Shown here in pieces: positions 7,600-18,023 of a stretch of DNA of 64,000 bases (within the stretch, counting starts at the first letter, position 1; each line of letters begins with the position of its first letter). The DNA is taken from positions 959 through 64,958 of the forward strand of contig CANPYJ010000003.1 of the NCBI GenBank assembly GCA_947588275.1, read 5' to 3'. The DNA comes from an uncultured Alphaproteobacteria bacterium (GTDB lineage Bacteria; Pseudomonadota; Alphaproteobacteria; RF32; CAG-239). The notes below the pieces were generated by a model. That model had not been told where the DNA came from. It searched no databases and saw only the letters and a program-made list of their open reading frames with translations. A program made the position numbers and the translations under genes.

Positions 7600-8771
7600 G
7601 CGATTCTTTGTTTATAGAAATCGGCACCGCGCAACAGCAGAAATACGGTGAGGACTGTTACGGCGACACCATATATTCCAAAAAAATACCGGATGAACGC
7701 CGTATTATCTCGATTTTGTCCGACGGCTTGGGCAGCGGCGTCAAAGCCAACATTTTGTCATCCATGACCACGCGCATGGCCATGAAGTTTGTAGAAAGCA
7801 ACATGGAGCTGGCGCATTCGTCCGACATTATAATGGATGCTCTGCCCATATGCCAAATCCGCAAAATCAGCTATGCGACTTTTTCGGTTGTTGACACCGA
7901 GCTCGATGGCAAAACCCGCGTATTTGAAATGGACAATCCGCCGTTTATGATGATTCGCAACGGTCGGCCGGTCAATGTGCGTTGCCGTGCCATATCTTCC
8001 GAAAAATGGAAAAACCGCACAATCAATATCTCGCAGATAACCAATCAGGAAGAAGACCGCCTGATCCTCATCTCGGACGGCGTCAGTCAGGCCGGCATCG
8101 GCAATCATAAATACCCGCTCGGCTGGCAGCGTCAAGGATGTCTGGACTTTGTATTGGAAAAAATCCGCAAAAATCCGCACGTCTCGGCCGCCGAACTGGC
8201 GCAGAACATTGTCGGCGAAGCGCTGAACAAAGAGGTCAACCGTCGTGCCGGTGACGACATCAGCTGCGTAGTGCTGTATTTTCGTAAACCGCGCAAACTT
8301 CTGGTTTTGAGCGGCCCGCCGTTTGACGAAAGCCGCGATCGGGAATATGCCGAACTGGTGTCGGATTATGACGGCAAAACCGCTATTTGCGGCGGCACTA
8401 CGGCGAACATCGTGGAACGCGAACTGTGCCTCAAATGTGTCATCGACAAGACCTCTATTGATCCTAATATTCCAATGTGTTCAATTATGGACGGCGTCGA
8501 TTTGGTCACGGAAGGAATTTTAACCTTGACTGATGTGTACCGTATGCTAAAAGAAGGCATAGACACAGACCGAAACAACGGCGCCACGCGGTTGGCAAGA
8601 CTGCTTTTGGACAGCGACCGCATAGATTTTGTGGTCGGCACCAAAATCAACATTGCCCATCAGGATCCGAACTTACCGATGGAACTGGAAATCCGCCGCA
8701 ATATTATTAAAAATATCATTCGTATCCTGCAGGAAAAATACCTCAAGGAAACAAGTGTCAGATACATTTAG
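7596..8771 (+). CDS. PP2C/SpoIIE-family Ser/Thr phosphatase with an uncharacterised C-terminal domain of about 160 aa
   Basis: ATGA overlap with the hydS stop. ILSDGLGSGVKANILS and LILISDGVSQAG ... GDDISCVV are the PP2C metal-binding Asp blocks. Confidence 0.8.
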   Translation: MSDSLFIEIGTAQQQKYGEDCYGDTIYSKKIPDERRIISILSDGLGSGVKANILSSMTTRMAMKFVESNMELAHSSDIIMDALPICQIRKISYATFSVVDTELDGKTRVFEMDNPPFMMIRNGRPVNVRCRAISSEKWKNRTINISQITNQEEDRLILISDGVSQAGIGNHKYPLGWQRQGCLDFVLEKIRKNPHVSAAELAQNIVGEALNKEVNRRAGDDISCVVLYFRKPRKLLVLSGPPFDESRDREYAELVSDYDGKTAICGGTTANIVERELCLKCVIDKTSIDPNIPMCSIMDGVDLVTEGILTLTDVYRMLKEGIDTDRNNGATRLARLLLDSDRIDFVVGTKINIAHQDPNLPMELEIRRNIIKNIIRILQEKYLKETSVRYI

Positions 8772-8785
8772 AAAGGACTGGAGCC

Positions 8786-9052
8786 ATGAACAAAATCAAA
8801 ATCAGAATTTGTGTCGGAACTTCCTGTTTTGTAATGGGATCGGCGCAGATACAATCGCTAGAATTTAACGCCCCGGCCGATATCGCCGACCATATTGAGA
8901 TTGTAGAAGAGCGCTGTATGGGCTTGTGCCGCGAAATCGCAGTCAAGCATAATCACGGCCCTTTCGTTTTTGTAGATGATGAATTGATTGAAAGCGCTAC
9001 ATACGAAAAAGTTGTCGCCAAAATCCGTGAAAAATTAAAAAAAATATCATAA
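8786..9052 (+). CDS. Thioredoxin-like [2Fe-2S] ferredoxin, 88 aa (paralog of 5532..5780)
   Basis: IKIRICVGTSCFVMGS ... ERCMGLCRE gives the same C-x4-C ... C-x3-C layout. GGAG SD present. Confidence 0.7.
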   Translation: MNKIKIRICVGTSCFVMGSAQIQSLEFNAPADIADHIEIVEERCMGLCREIAVKHNHGPFVFVDDELIESATYEKVVAKIREKLKKIS

Positions 9053-9067
9053 GGCCTTATAAGAACG

Positions 9068-10528
9068 ATGTTGATACCTAAAAATAACGCCAACTTAATG
9101 AGAACAAAAATTTTAGTCCGGTTGGCCTCCAGTTATCTGGAAAACAAATTTGCCGAAGCAGACCGAATCCCGCTTGAACTCCGCCCCAAAGACGGCGAGG
9201 TCAGCCGCTGTTGCGTTTATAAAGACCGCGCGGTTCTCAAATACCGTTGCATGGCCGGCTTGGGACATTGTCCCGACGAAGAGACCGACGAGCTGACCAC
9301 CCTCAAGGAATATGGCCAAAAAGCTCTGGAACGGCGTGCGGCACCCAAAAACAAACTTTCGGTCATCGACATCGCTTGCTCTGCCTGCATCAAATCGCAA
9401 TACGTCATCACCAACGTCTGCCGCGGCTGTTTTGCTCAGCCCTGCCGATTGAACTGCCCCAAAGAAGCCATTTCAATTGTCAACGGGCAAGCTCACATTG
9501 ATCCGTCCAAATGCGTTAACTGTGGCAAGTGTTATGAAGTCTGTCCCTACCACTCGGTCGTCAAAATTCCGGTTCCCTGTGAGGAAGCCTGTCCGGTCGG
9601 CGCCATCAGCAAAGACGAGTTCGGCAAAGAGCATATTGATGCCGAAAAATGCATTTCCTGCGGCCGTTGTCTGGCTTCGTGCCCGTTCGGCGCGGTAGTC
9701 GAACGTTCGCAAATGATTGATGTGATGCGCGAAATCAAAGAGACCGACAAAAAGGTTGTGGCCATGCTTGCGCCGGCTGTTGCCGGACAATTCTCCAGCT
9801 CTCTGGAACATTTGGCCGGCGCGCTCAAAGCTTTCGGTTTTGCCGATGTTGTGGAAGTTGCGGTTGGTGCCGACATCACCACGCAAAAAGAAGCCGCCGA
9901 ATTTGTGGAGCGTATGGAAGCCGGCAAACCGTTTATGACAACCTCTTGCTGTCCGGCTTATTATCGTGCGGCACAAATTCATATTCCGGAAATCCGCCCG
10001 TTCGTCTCAGACACCAAAACCCCGATGTATTACACCGCCGAACTTCTCAAACAAGAACATCCCGACTGCGTGGCTGTCTTTATTGGCCCTTGTTTGGCCA
10101 AACGGGCCGAAGCCGAGTACGACCCGCATGTCGACTATGTGCTCACGTTTGAAGAATTAGGCGCCATGTTGGTGGCGGCCGGCATCAATGTTGATGATTG
10201 CCCGGAAGTTTCGTTTGCCCAAGTTTCGCATGCTCAGGGACGCCAATTTCCGATCAGCGGCGGCGTTGCCGGTGCAGTGGCCAGTCTGGTGGGCAGCAAA
10301 GTCGACATTCGCCCCGAAAAAATTGACGGTCTCACCAAAGATAACATCAAGCTGCTTAAACGCTATGCCCTAAAAGGCGGTGAAAACAACATGCTTGAAG
10401 TTATGTGCTGCGAAGGCGGCTGCGTTTCGGGTCCGGGCTGCATTGCCCTAAGCAAAAAAGCCGCGCGCGCAGTTGAAGCCTATGCCCAAAGCGGCGATTC
10501 GCTGACCGTTGACAAAAAAGCCGAGTAA
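9068..10528 (+). CDS. [FeFe]-hydrogenase, monomeric group-B type (catalytic paralog)
   Basis: N-terminal Cys-rich region, several CxxCxxCxxxCP ferredoxin motifs, and H-cluster motifs TTSCCPAYY, FIGPCLAKRAEAE and EVMCCEGGCVSGPGC. Confidence 0.8.
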   Translation: MLIPKNNANLMRTKILVRLASSYLENKFAEADRIPLELRPKDGEVSRCCVYKDRAVLKYRCMAGLGHCPDEETDELTTLKEYGQKALERRAAPKNKLSVIDIACSACIKSQYVITNVCRGCFAQPCRLNCPKEAISIVNGQAHIDPSKCVNCGKCYEVCPYHSVVKIPVPCEEACPVGAISKDEFGKEHIDAEKCISCGRCLASCPFGAVVERSQMIDVMREIKETDKKVVAMLAPAVAGQFSSSLEHLAGALKAFGFADVVEVAVGADITTQKEAAEFVERMEAGKPFMTTSCCPAYYRAAQIHIPEIRPFVSDTKTPMYYTAELLKQEHPDCVAVFIGPCLAKRAEAEYDPHVDYVLTFEELGAMLVAAGINVDDCPEVSFAQVSHAQGRQFPISGGVAGAVASLVGSKVDIRPEKIDGLTKDNIKLLKRYALKGGENNMLEVMCCEGGCVSGPGCIALSKKAARAVEAYAQSGDSLTVDKKAE

Positions 10529-11668
10529 TCACTCTTTGCCGATGTTGATGTTGCGGTTGATGTTGACCGAAAGGATAATTCCAAATCCGGCCATCACCGA
10601 AAGGATGACCGTGCCGCCATATGAAATCAGCGGCAAGGGCACACCGACAACCGGAATCAAACCGAGCACCATTGAGATGTTAATCATAACATACAAAAAA
10701 TAATTGGTTGCCAACCCGATTGCCGCCAATTTGCCGAAATAATTGGCACTCCGCAGCGCAAAACCGAAACTATAGGCAATCAGCAGCACATTGAGCAGCA
10801 CCACAAAAACGGCACCGATCATTCCAAACTCTTCCGACAACATCGTAAAGATAAAATCGGTGTGTTTTTCGGGCAAAAAGTTAAGATGGCTTTGCGTGCC
10901 CTTCAAAAAACCTTTACCAAACATTCCGCCGGCTCCCAACGCGATTTTAGACTGGATAATATGATATCCGGCACCCAGCGGATCACGTTCCGGATTCAAA
11001 AAAGTCAGCACCCGATTTTGCTGATATTCATGCAGCAGTTTCCAGACAATCGGCAGACTGATTAGCCCGCCCAGCAGCACAATGCCAAACTTCCACAACT
11101 GCACGCCGATGGCAAAAAACATTGCGCCGGCCGTAAAGATAAGCATCAGCGCCGTTCCCAAATCAGGCTGCGTCAACACCAAAAACGCCGGAAACATCAC
11201 CATTAAAATCGGCGCAATAATCCCTTTGATCGATTCGATGTTTTGCAGCGAAGAAGAGTGAAAATAGCGCGCCAAAGCCAACACCAAGGCAATTTTCATC
11301 AATTCGGACGGTTGCAATTTTATAAATCCGAGATTAATCCAGCGCTGCGCTCCCATTCCGATATGTCCGCCGATTTCCACCGCAATCAGCAGTCCCAGCG
11401 TCACAAAATAAAAGACATAGGCATAACGCATAAAAAACCGCACGTCTATCAGCGCCAAGGTCAGCATCACGCAAAGCCCCAAACCAAAGCGCAAAAGCTG
11501 TTGCAAAGCCCACGGATGCCAGCTGCCGTTGGCGGCCGAATACAACATAACCACCCCGAGCGAGGCCAAAATCAAAATAATCAAAATGTAAGCCATACTC
11601 AAATTTTGCAGCTTTTCGCGAAAAGTCGGCGGTTGGTTTTTAAAACTGGTTTCATAAAACTTATACAT
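10529..11668 (-). CDS. rodA: Rod-shape-determining SEDS glycosyltransferase RodA
   Basis: About 10-TM FtsW/RodA/SpoVE protein (QPSELMKI, PEKHTDFIF, GLIPVVGVPLPLISYGGT) immediately downstream of PBP2. Confidence 0.9.
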   Translation of the reverse strand: MYKFYETSFKNQPPTFREKLQNLSMAYILIILILASLGVVMLYSAANGSWHPWALQQLLRFGLGLCVMLTLALIDVRFFMRYAYVFYFVTLGLLIAVEIGGHIGMGAQRWINLGFIKLQPSELMKIALVLALARYFHSSSLQNIESIKGIIAPILMVMFPAFLVLTQPDLGTALMLIFTAGAMFFAIGVQLWKFGIVLLGGLISLPIVWKLLHEYQQNRVLTFLNPERDPLGAGYHIIQSKIALGAGGMFGKGFLKGTQSHLNFLPEKHTDFIFTMLSEEFGMIGAVFVVLLNVLLIAYSFGFALRSANYFGKLAAIGLATNYFLYVMINISMVLGLIPVVGVPLPLISYGGTVILSVMAGFGIILSVNINRNINIGKE

Positions 11669-11672
11669 TGGC

Positions 11673-13496
11673 TTAATCTTTCGCTTTTAAAGGCTGTTGT
11701 TCAAGTTTCAGGGCTTCAAGCAGAAGCTTGCCGCCAATCGGCGCGGCAACGGCCGAACCGCCGCGGCCGTGTTCCACCAGCACCACAACCGCATAACGCG
11801 GATTTTCTTGCGGCGCATACCCGACAAACAACGCATGATTACGATATTTCCATGGCAAATCTTCTTGTCTGACAATACCGCTTTGGCGTTCTTTCATCGT
11901 AATCCGGCGAACCTGCGTCGTTCCGGTTTTGCCGGCCATTTTCATACCCTTATAATCAAATCTTGAGCCAAAAGCCGTTCCCCCCGGAACATTAACCACG
12001 TCAAACATTCCTCGCTTGACCAAAGCCACATTTTCCGAGCTGACCGGAAGCTTTTTGAGCTCCGGCCGGTCATCGCCGGCCGGTATAAAGGTCGGCGTCA
12101 CCTCATACCCGCCGTTGGCAATGCGCGCCGTCATTGTGGCCAACTGAATAGGCGTGGTCAAAATATACCCCTGCCCAATTCCGGAAATCAAACTTTCGCC
12201 CGTTTGCCAAGGCTCGCCAAACCGTCTGAGTTTCCAGTCCGTATCCGGAATAAGACCGGCTTTTTCGTTTTCCAGACCGATATCCACGACCTGTCCCATT
12301 CCAAACCGCCGAGCCATTTCGGCAATTTTGTTAATTCCGAGTTTCTGCGCTGTCTCGTAAAAGAAAATATCGCACGAATGCTGCAACGCCTGTACGACGT
12401 CAATATATCCGTGCCCACCCTCTTTCCAGCAATGAAAAGCATGGTTTCCCAAAAACATTTTACCGGCACAAAAACTCCGACTTTGCGGTGTGATTACGCC
12501 GCTTTCAAGCGCGGCCAAAGCCACCACCATCTTAAAAGTCGACCCCGGAGAATATTGTCCGGACACGGCTTTGTTCATCAGCGGTTTGCGCTCATTTTCA
12601 TTAAGCTCCGTCCAATCCTGCACCGACAGTCCCTGCGTCAGCAAATTCGGATCATAAGCCGGCACCGACACAAAGGCCAAAATTTCGCCGCTGTTAACAT
12701 CAAGCAAAATCGCCGCACCGCTTTCTTCGCCAAACAATTCATAAGCTTTTTTTTGCAAGCGGGCATCTATGGTCAGGTCAATCCTGTCTCCGGGTATTCC
12801 GTCTTCACGCTCAATCTCTTTCATTACCCGGCCGAAAGCGTTAACTTCAAGCTTGAGGTTGCCGCCGCGGCCGCGCAGCTTTTTTTCAAACAGCTTTTCG
12901 ATTCCGGCCTTGCCGATTTTAAACCCCGGAACTTCCAGCAGCGGATCATCCTTAACGTCATTTTCCGACACCGAAGACACATACCCGATAACATGCGCCG
13001 CCTCTTTGCCGACGGGATAATCGCGGCTCAGGCCTTCGTCTATGATAATCCCCGGCAAATCCGGCGCATTGAGTTGGATTCGCGCCACTTCTTCCCAGCT
13101 CAGATTATCCTTAATCTTAACCGGCACAAAACTGCGATTTTTTTTCAAGTCTTTTTTTATACGCTCTTCCTCGGCTTCCGACAACGGCATAATTTTCTTA
13201 AACGCGTCCAGCGTAGCCTGCACGTTGGGCGTCTGTTCGGCCACCATCATGGCCTGAAAGTTCTGCCGATTGGTTGCCAAGAGTTCGCCGTTGCGATCAT
13301 AAATCCGTCCACGCGGCGGAACCAAAAGGCGGGTAGAAATTCGATTTTCATCTGCCAGCATCTTATATTTATCGGCCTGATAAACTTGCAGATAATATAG
13401 TCTGAAAATCAGCAGCAACAGCAAAAAAAGCTGCACGCCGCCCAAAATCAGCGACCGCGAAATCAGCACTTTTCCTTTGTCGTTGTCGCGGTTCAT
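11673..13496 (-). CDS. mrdA: Penicillin-binding protein 2 (elongasome transpeptidase)
   Basis: N-terminal TM, SxxK (STFK), SxD/SxN region (SCD) and KTGT motifs. Sits in the mreBCD-mrdA-rodA order. Confidence 0.9.
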   Translation of the reverse strand: MNRDNDKGKVLISRSLILGGVQLFLLLLLIFRLYYLQVYQADKYKMLADENRISTRLLVPPRGRIYDRNGELLATNRQNFQAMMVAEQTPNVQATLDAFKKIMPLSEAEEERIKKDLKKNRSFVPVKIKDNLSWEEVARIQLNAPDLPGIIIDEGLSRDYPVGKEAAHVIGYVSSVSENDVKDDPLLEVPGFKIGKAGIEKLFEKKLRGRGGNLKLEVNAFGRVMKEIEREDGIPGDRIDLTIDARLQKKAYELFGEESGAAILLDVNSGEILAFVSVPAYDPNLLTQGLSVQDWTELNENERKPLMNKAVSGQYSPGSTFKMVVALAALESGVITPQSRSFCAGKMFLGNHAFHCWKEGGHGYIDVVQALQHSCDIFFYETAQKLGINKIAEMARRFGMGQVVDIGLENEKAGLIPDTDWKLRRFGEPWQTGESLISGIGQGYILTTPIQLATMTARIANGGYEVTPTFIPAGDDRPELKKLPVSSENVALVKRGMFDVVNVPGGTAFGSRFDYKGMKMAGKTGTTQVRRITMKERQSGIVRQEDLPWKYRNHALFVGYAPQENPRYAVVVLVEHGRGGSAVAAPIGGKLLLEALKLEQQPLKAKD

Positions 13497-14014
13497 CAGA
13501 CGTCGTCCTGTATCAAATTATTTTGCACAAACGCCAGCAGCAGCGACACCAGCGGATAAACGGCAATCGTAACCATATAGCTGAAAAACATCAGCGACGG
13601 CGGCAAAAAATGGCTGTAATAAATAGAAACCACCAAATATCTTACAAACATCGTCAGCAGCAGCAACAGCGCGAACCCATACCACAAGACGATAAACGGT
13701 TTGGCATTTAAAAGCCGCGAAGTATTGTTAACCAAAACATACATGAGCAGCATTTCCAATATGTTTGACCCCAGCGGCGACGTACTAATAACATCGTCCA
13801 GCAGCCCCAGACAAAACACTGAAACCAGATTAAACAAATCAGGACGGTGTTGAAGCCAAAAATACACGCAGGCGGCACCGATTGCCGGCCGCAGACTGCC
13901 CCAAAACACCACGTTAAGCGGCGCATACGAAAACAGAACCAAAACCGCCGAAACCAAAAATGGCAACCGACGCTTAAATATCAAGACAAGATTGTTTCCC
14001 AGCCCTTCGCTCAT
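13496..14014 (-). CDS. mreD: Rod-shape-determining protein MreD
   Basis: 172-aa polytopic membrane protein with ATGA overlaps to mreC and mrdA. The position is diagnostic. Confidence 0.75.
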   Translation of the reverse strand: MSEGLGNNLVLIFKRRLPFLVSAVLVLFSYAPLNVVFWGSLRPAIGAACVYFWLQHRPDLFNLVSVFCLGLLDDVISTSPLGSNILEMLLMYVLVNNTSRLLNAKPFIVLWYGFALLLLLTMFVRYLVVSIYYSHFLPPSLMFFSYMVTIAVYPLVSLLLAFVQNNLIQDDV

Positions 14015-14874
14015 TTTCGCTTATCCTGAGGCTGATCCTGCAAAATCCCATCAAGACCGTAGTCCACCAGCTTTACGTACTCAATCTGTTCCAAGTTGCT
14101 GAACGGTTTGACCACAATCTCGCCCTTGCTGGCGCTGACAACTTTGCCCACCGGCAAACCGGCCGGAAACACGCCGGCCACGCCGGAAGTAACGATTCGG
14201 TCACCGACATTGATTGTCGTGTCAAGCGGAATAAAAATCAACTTGGGCGACATTGTGTTGTCTCCCGACAAAATACCGCGCACACGTTTTTTTTCCACCA
14301 TCACCGGAATTTTGGAGTTAATATCGGTAATCAAAATAATTTTGGCATAACTGCCGCTCACCTGATCAACCCGTCCGACCACTCCTTTATCCGACAACGC
14401 CGCCTGCCCTTTGCGCACCGAATTTTCGCCGACATATGCAATCATTGCATGAGCGAAGGCGTCACTTTCTTCGGCAATTACTCGCGCCGTCACAAAATCG
14501 GCCTGCGGCGGCGTCACATAATTCAGCAAATCGCTCAGAAGCTTATTCTCGATTTCCAGCGCGCGAAAGCGGTCATAAATCATGTTCAAGCGATGATTCT
14601 CTTCCCGCAAGCGGATATTGTCATGATGAATTCTCTGTAAATCTCGGACGGAATCATAACTTTGGGCAATTAGTCTGGCCGGCATGACCAACACATCTAT
14701 CAGCGGCGAGACGATACCGGTAGTTACGCTGGAAGCACGATCGGCAATTTCGCTGTCGGTTTTGCTGATGAGCATCAGTACGAACGCGGCCAAAAACAAT
14801 ATAACCAGCGCAAATTTCCGAACCAGCAGGCGGATGTGGCTCAACCGAAAAAACAAACTTCTGCGCCTACTCAT
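14011..14874 (-). CDS. mreC: Rod-shape-determining protein MreC
   Basis: N-terminal TM, coiled-coil (ENHRLNMIYDR...ENKLL), and beta-barrel domains with GDRIVTSG / FPAGLPVGKV. ATG at 14874 is preferred over the upstream GTG at 14901. Confidence 0.85.
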   Translation of the reverse strand: MSRRRSLFFRLSHIRLLVRKFALVILFLAAFVLMLISKTDSEIADRASSVTTGIVSPLIDVLVMPARLIAQSYDSVRDLQRIHHDNIRLREENHRLNMIYDRFRALEIENKLLSDLLNYVTPPQADFVTARVIAEESDAFAHAMIAYVGENSVRKGQAALSDKGVVGRVDQVSGSYAKIILITDINSKIPVMVEKKRVRGILSGDNTMSPKLIFIPLDTTINVGDRIVTSGVAGVFPAGLPVGKVVSASKGEIVVKPFSNLEQIEYVKLVDYGLDGILQDQPQDKRK

Positions 14875-14999
14875 ATCTTGTTCCCGACCTTTAATTTTCA
14901 CAAAGAAGCCAGCTTGGGGGAAACACCCTTCTGCCGGCTCCAGACTTCAATCATTTTCAGACGGCGGCAAAGCATTTTTGCCGTCCCGCCGTCCGCATA

Positions 15000-16064
<1,065 letters not shown>

Positions 16065-16119
16065 TTATTAGTAAATTTTTATAACGATAATATTTACTGT
16101 GCAAGTGCAAATTGCTTTG

Positions 16120-17025
16120 TTAACAGTCAAATTGCATTGTTTCATAGCAGCTGTCCAACGTAACCTCAGCCGGCAGTTTGTTGCGAAACCAAGTCCGCTG
16201 CCGTTTGGCATATTGGCGGGTATGAAGTTTGGCCAGTCTGACAGCCTCTGCCAGAGGAATTTGTCCGCGGACAAAAGCGCCGAGCTCCGGCACGCCCAGC
16301 ATTTTCATAGCCGGCAGATCAGCGGCCAAATTCATTTTCACAAGCTGTCTCACTTCATCCAGAGCGCCGTTTTGCATCATTTGATCAAACCGCCGAAAAC
16401 AGCGTTCGTCAAGCTCTTGAACGGGCGGCACAAACTTAATCACGCGGAACTTGGCCTCCGGAAGTTTGCGAATCAGCGGTCGCTTAAACCATTCGGCAAT
16501 CGATTCGCCGGTTTGCAAAAATATTTCTGCCGCCCGCCGCACCCGCGTCGTATCATTTTGGCGCAGCATGGCTGCGGCGCGCTCATCGTGTTTGCACAAA
16601 AAAGCATAAATATCGGGCATTGCGGCCACTTGCCGGCGAACCTCGGTGGTGGCTTCCGGAATCGGCGTGGTGCCGTTTATCAAATTATCAATATAAAAAC
16701 CCGTGCCGCCCGCGACTATCGGCACCCGCCCGCGTTTCCAGACATCGCGGATGACGGCCGCCGCCAAATTCAGCCAATCCACCACGGTGCCTTTTTGAGC
16801 CGGCGGATAAATCTCATAAAGATGATGCGGCACCAAAGCCTTGTCTTCAGCGCTCGGCGCCGCCGACAAAACCGGCGTGCCGGCATAAATCTGCATCGAG
16901 TCGGCATTAATGATTTCGCCGCCGAACTTCTGCGCCAATTCCAAAGCCAAAGCCGACTTGCCGCAAGCCGTCGGACCGGCCGCCACAATCACGTCAAAAT
17001 CACCGACAGACTCAAGTGTCAGCAC
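16120..17025 (-). CDS. miaA: tRNA dimethylallyltransferase
   Basis: P-loop GPTACGKS and INADSMQIY. GTG at 17025 is preceded by AGGAAAGGA and lies just after the ddl stop. The track's TTG start at 17064 would overlap ddl. Confidence 0.88.
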   Translation of the reverse strand: MLTLESVGDFDVIVAAGPTACGKSALALELAQKFGGEIINADSMQIYAGTPVLSAAPSAEDKALVPHHLYEIYPPAQKGTVVDWLNLAAAVIRDVWKRGRVPIVAGGTGFYIDNLINGTTPIPEATTEVRRQVAAMPDIYAFLCKHDERAAAMLRQNDTTRVRRAAEIFLQTGESIAEWFKRPLIRKLPEAKFRVIKFVPPVQELDERCFRRFDQMMQNGALDEVRQLVKMNLAADLPAMKMLGVPELGAFVRGQIPLAEAVRLAKLHTRQYAKRQRTWFRNKLPAEVTLDSCYETMQFDC

Positions 17026-17039
17026 CGTTTTTCCTTTCC

Positions 17040-17954
17040 TCAACCGCCAACCGGCCGGCAACAAGCCTGCTCAACCAGCATCTCGCACAAATCATCATAA
17101 CCGATGCCGGCATATTGAGCCTGTTCCGGCACCAGCGACAGCGGAGTCATTCCGGGATGCGTATTGATTTCCAAAAGTATCGGGCCGTCAACCGGATTAT
17201 ACCGCACATCAATACGCGAAACCCCGCGGCAGCCAAGCTTTTGATGCAGCAGTTCAGCCCATTTTTTGCAAGTTTCCGCCGCTTCGGACGGTATTTCGGC
17301 GGGCAGGACATGCTCTGTCATGCCGCCGGTATACTTAGCTTTGTAGTCATAAAAATTCTGTTTGGGACGCATTTCGGTCACCACATAAGCTTTGCCGTCA
17401 ATGCAGCTTACCGTCAGTTCTTTGCCGGCAATAAACCTTTCGACCAGAATTTCCTCGTTTTCATTGTCATAATGCACCTGTTTCAGGTCTTCGGGAGAGC
17501 GAATGATAAACACGCCCACACTGGAACCGTCGCTCACCGGCTTCAGGACATAAGGCATCGGAATGTCGGTGCCGAATTTCCAAAAATCTTTCACCCGCAG
17601 CCGTTCGGCCGGCGCCACCGCAATTCCGCAGGCGGCGGCAATCTGTTTGGTCAGCTCCTTGTCCATGCCCAGCAGCGCAGCGCGCATTCCCGAATGCGTA
17701 TAAGGAATTTGCATCACATCCAAGAAACCCTGAATCTCGCCGTCTTCGCCCCAGTTTCCGTGCAAAGCCACAAACACCGCGTCAGGTTTTTGCTCCAGCA
17801 CAAGGGCGGCCAGCCGGCGGCCGTCGGTCAAATCGTGTTCAATCACGTCATAACCCTTGCGACGCAGAGCCTCGGCCACGCCTTTGCCGGTGATGAGGCT
17901 GATTTCGCGCTCATGCGAAAAGCCGCCCATCAAAACCAAAATTTTTTTAGACAT
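17040..17954 (-). CDS. ddl: D-alanine--D-alanine ligase
   Basis: MSKKILVLMGGFSHEREISL N-terminus and ATP-grasp motifs (ALHGNWGEDGEIQG, EINTHPGMT). The track's N-terminal 69 aa is an upstream read-in. Confidence 0.9.
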   Translation of the reverse strand: MSKKILVLMGGFSHEREISLITGKGVAEALRRKGYDVIEHDLTDGRRLAALVLEQKPDAVFVALHGNWGEDGEIQGFLDVMQIPYTHSGMRAALLGMDKELTKQIAAACGIAVAPAERLRVKDFWKFGTDIPMPYVLKPVSDGSSVGVFIIRSPEDLKQVHYDNENEEILVERFIAGKELTVSCIDGKAYVVTEMRPKQNFYDYKAKYTGGMTEHVLPAEIPSEAAETCKKWAELLHQKLGCRGVSRIDVRYNPVDGPILLEINTHPGMTPLSLVPEQAQYAGIGYDDLCEMLVEQACCRPVGG

Positions 17955-18023
17955 TTTTAAATCCTTTAAATTATAAATTTTTGTATTAGTGTACCGCCAA
18001 TGTTTTAAAGAAAGAATAAGATT

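Noticed and set aside
12204-13400. 398-aa plus-strand ORF.
   Set aside because: It is antisense to mrdA, which has SxxK/KTGT motifs. Shadow ORF.
14902-14999. GC-rich hairpin (GACGGCGG...CCGCCGTC) between mreB and mreC as a terminator.
   Set aside because: No T-run follows on the coding strand, and mreBCD is normally one operon. At most it is a stabilising or attenuating structure, so it is not reported as a feature.
16099-17960. Two long plus-strand ORFs (16099..17100 and 17016..17960).
   Set aside because: They are antisense to miaA and ddl, both of which are identified by catalytic motifs. The products are R/H/Q-rich, typical of antisense frames.
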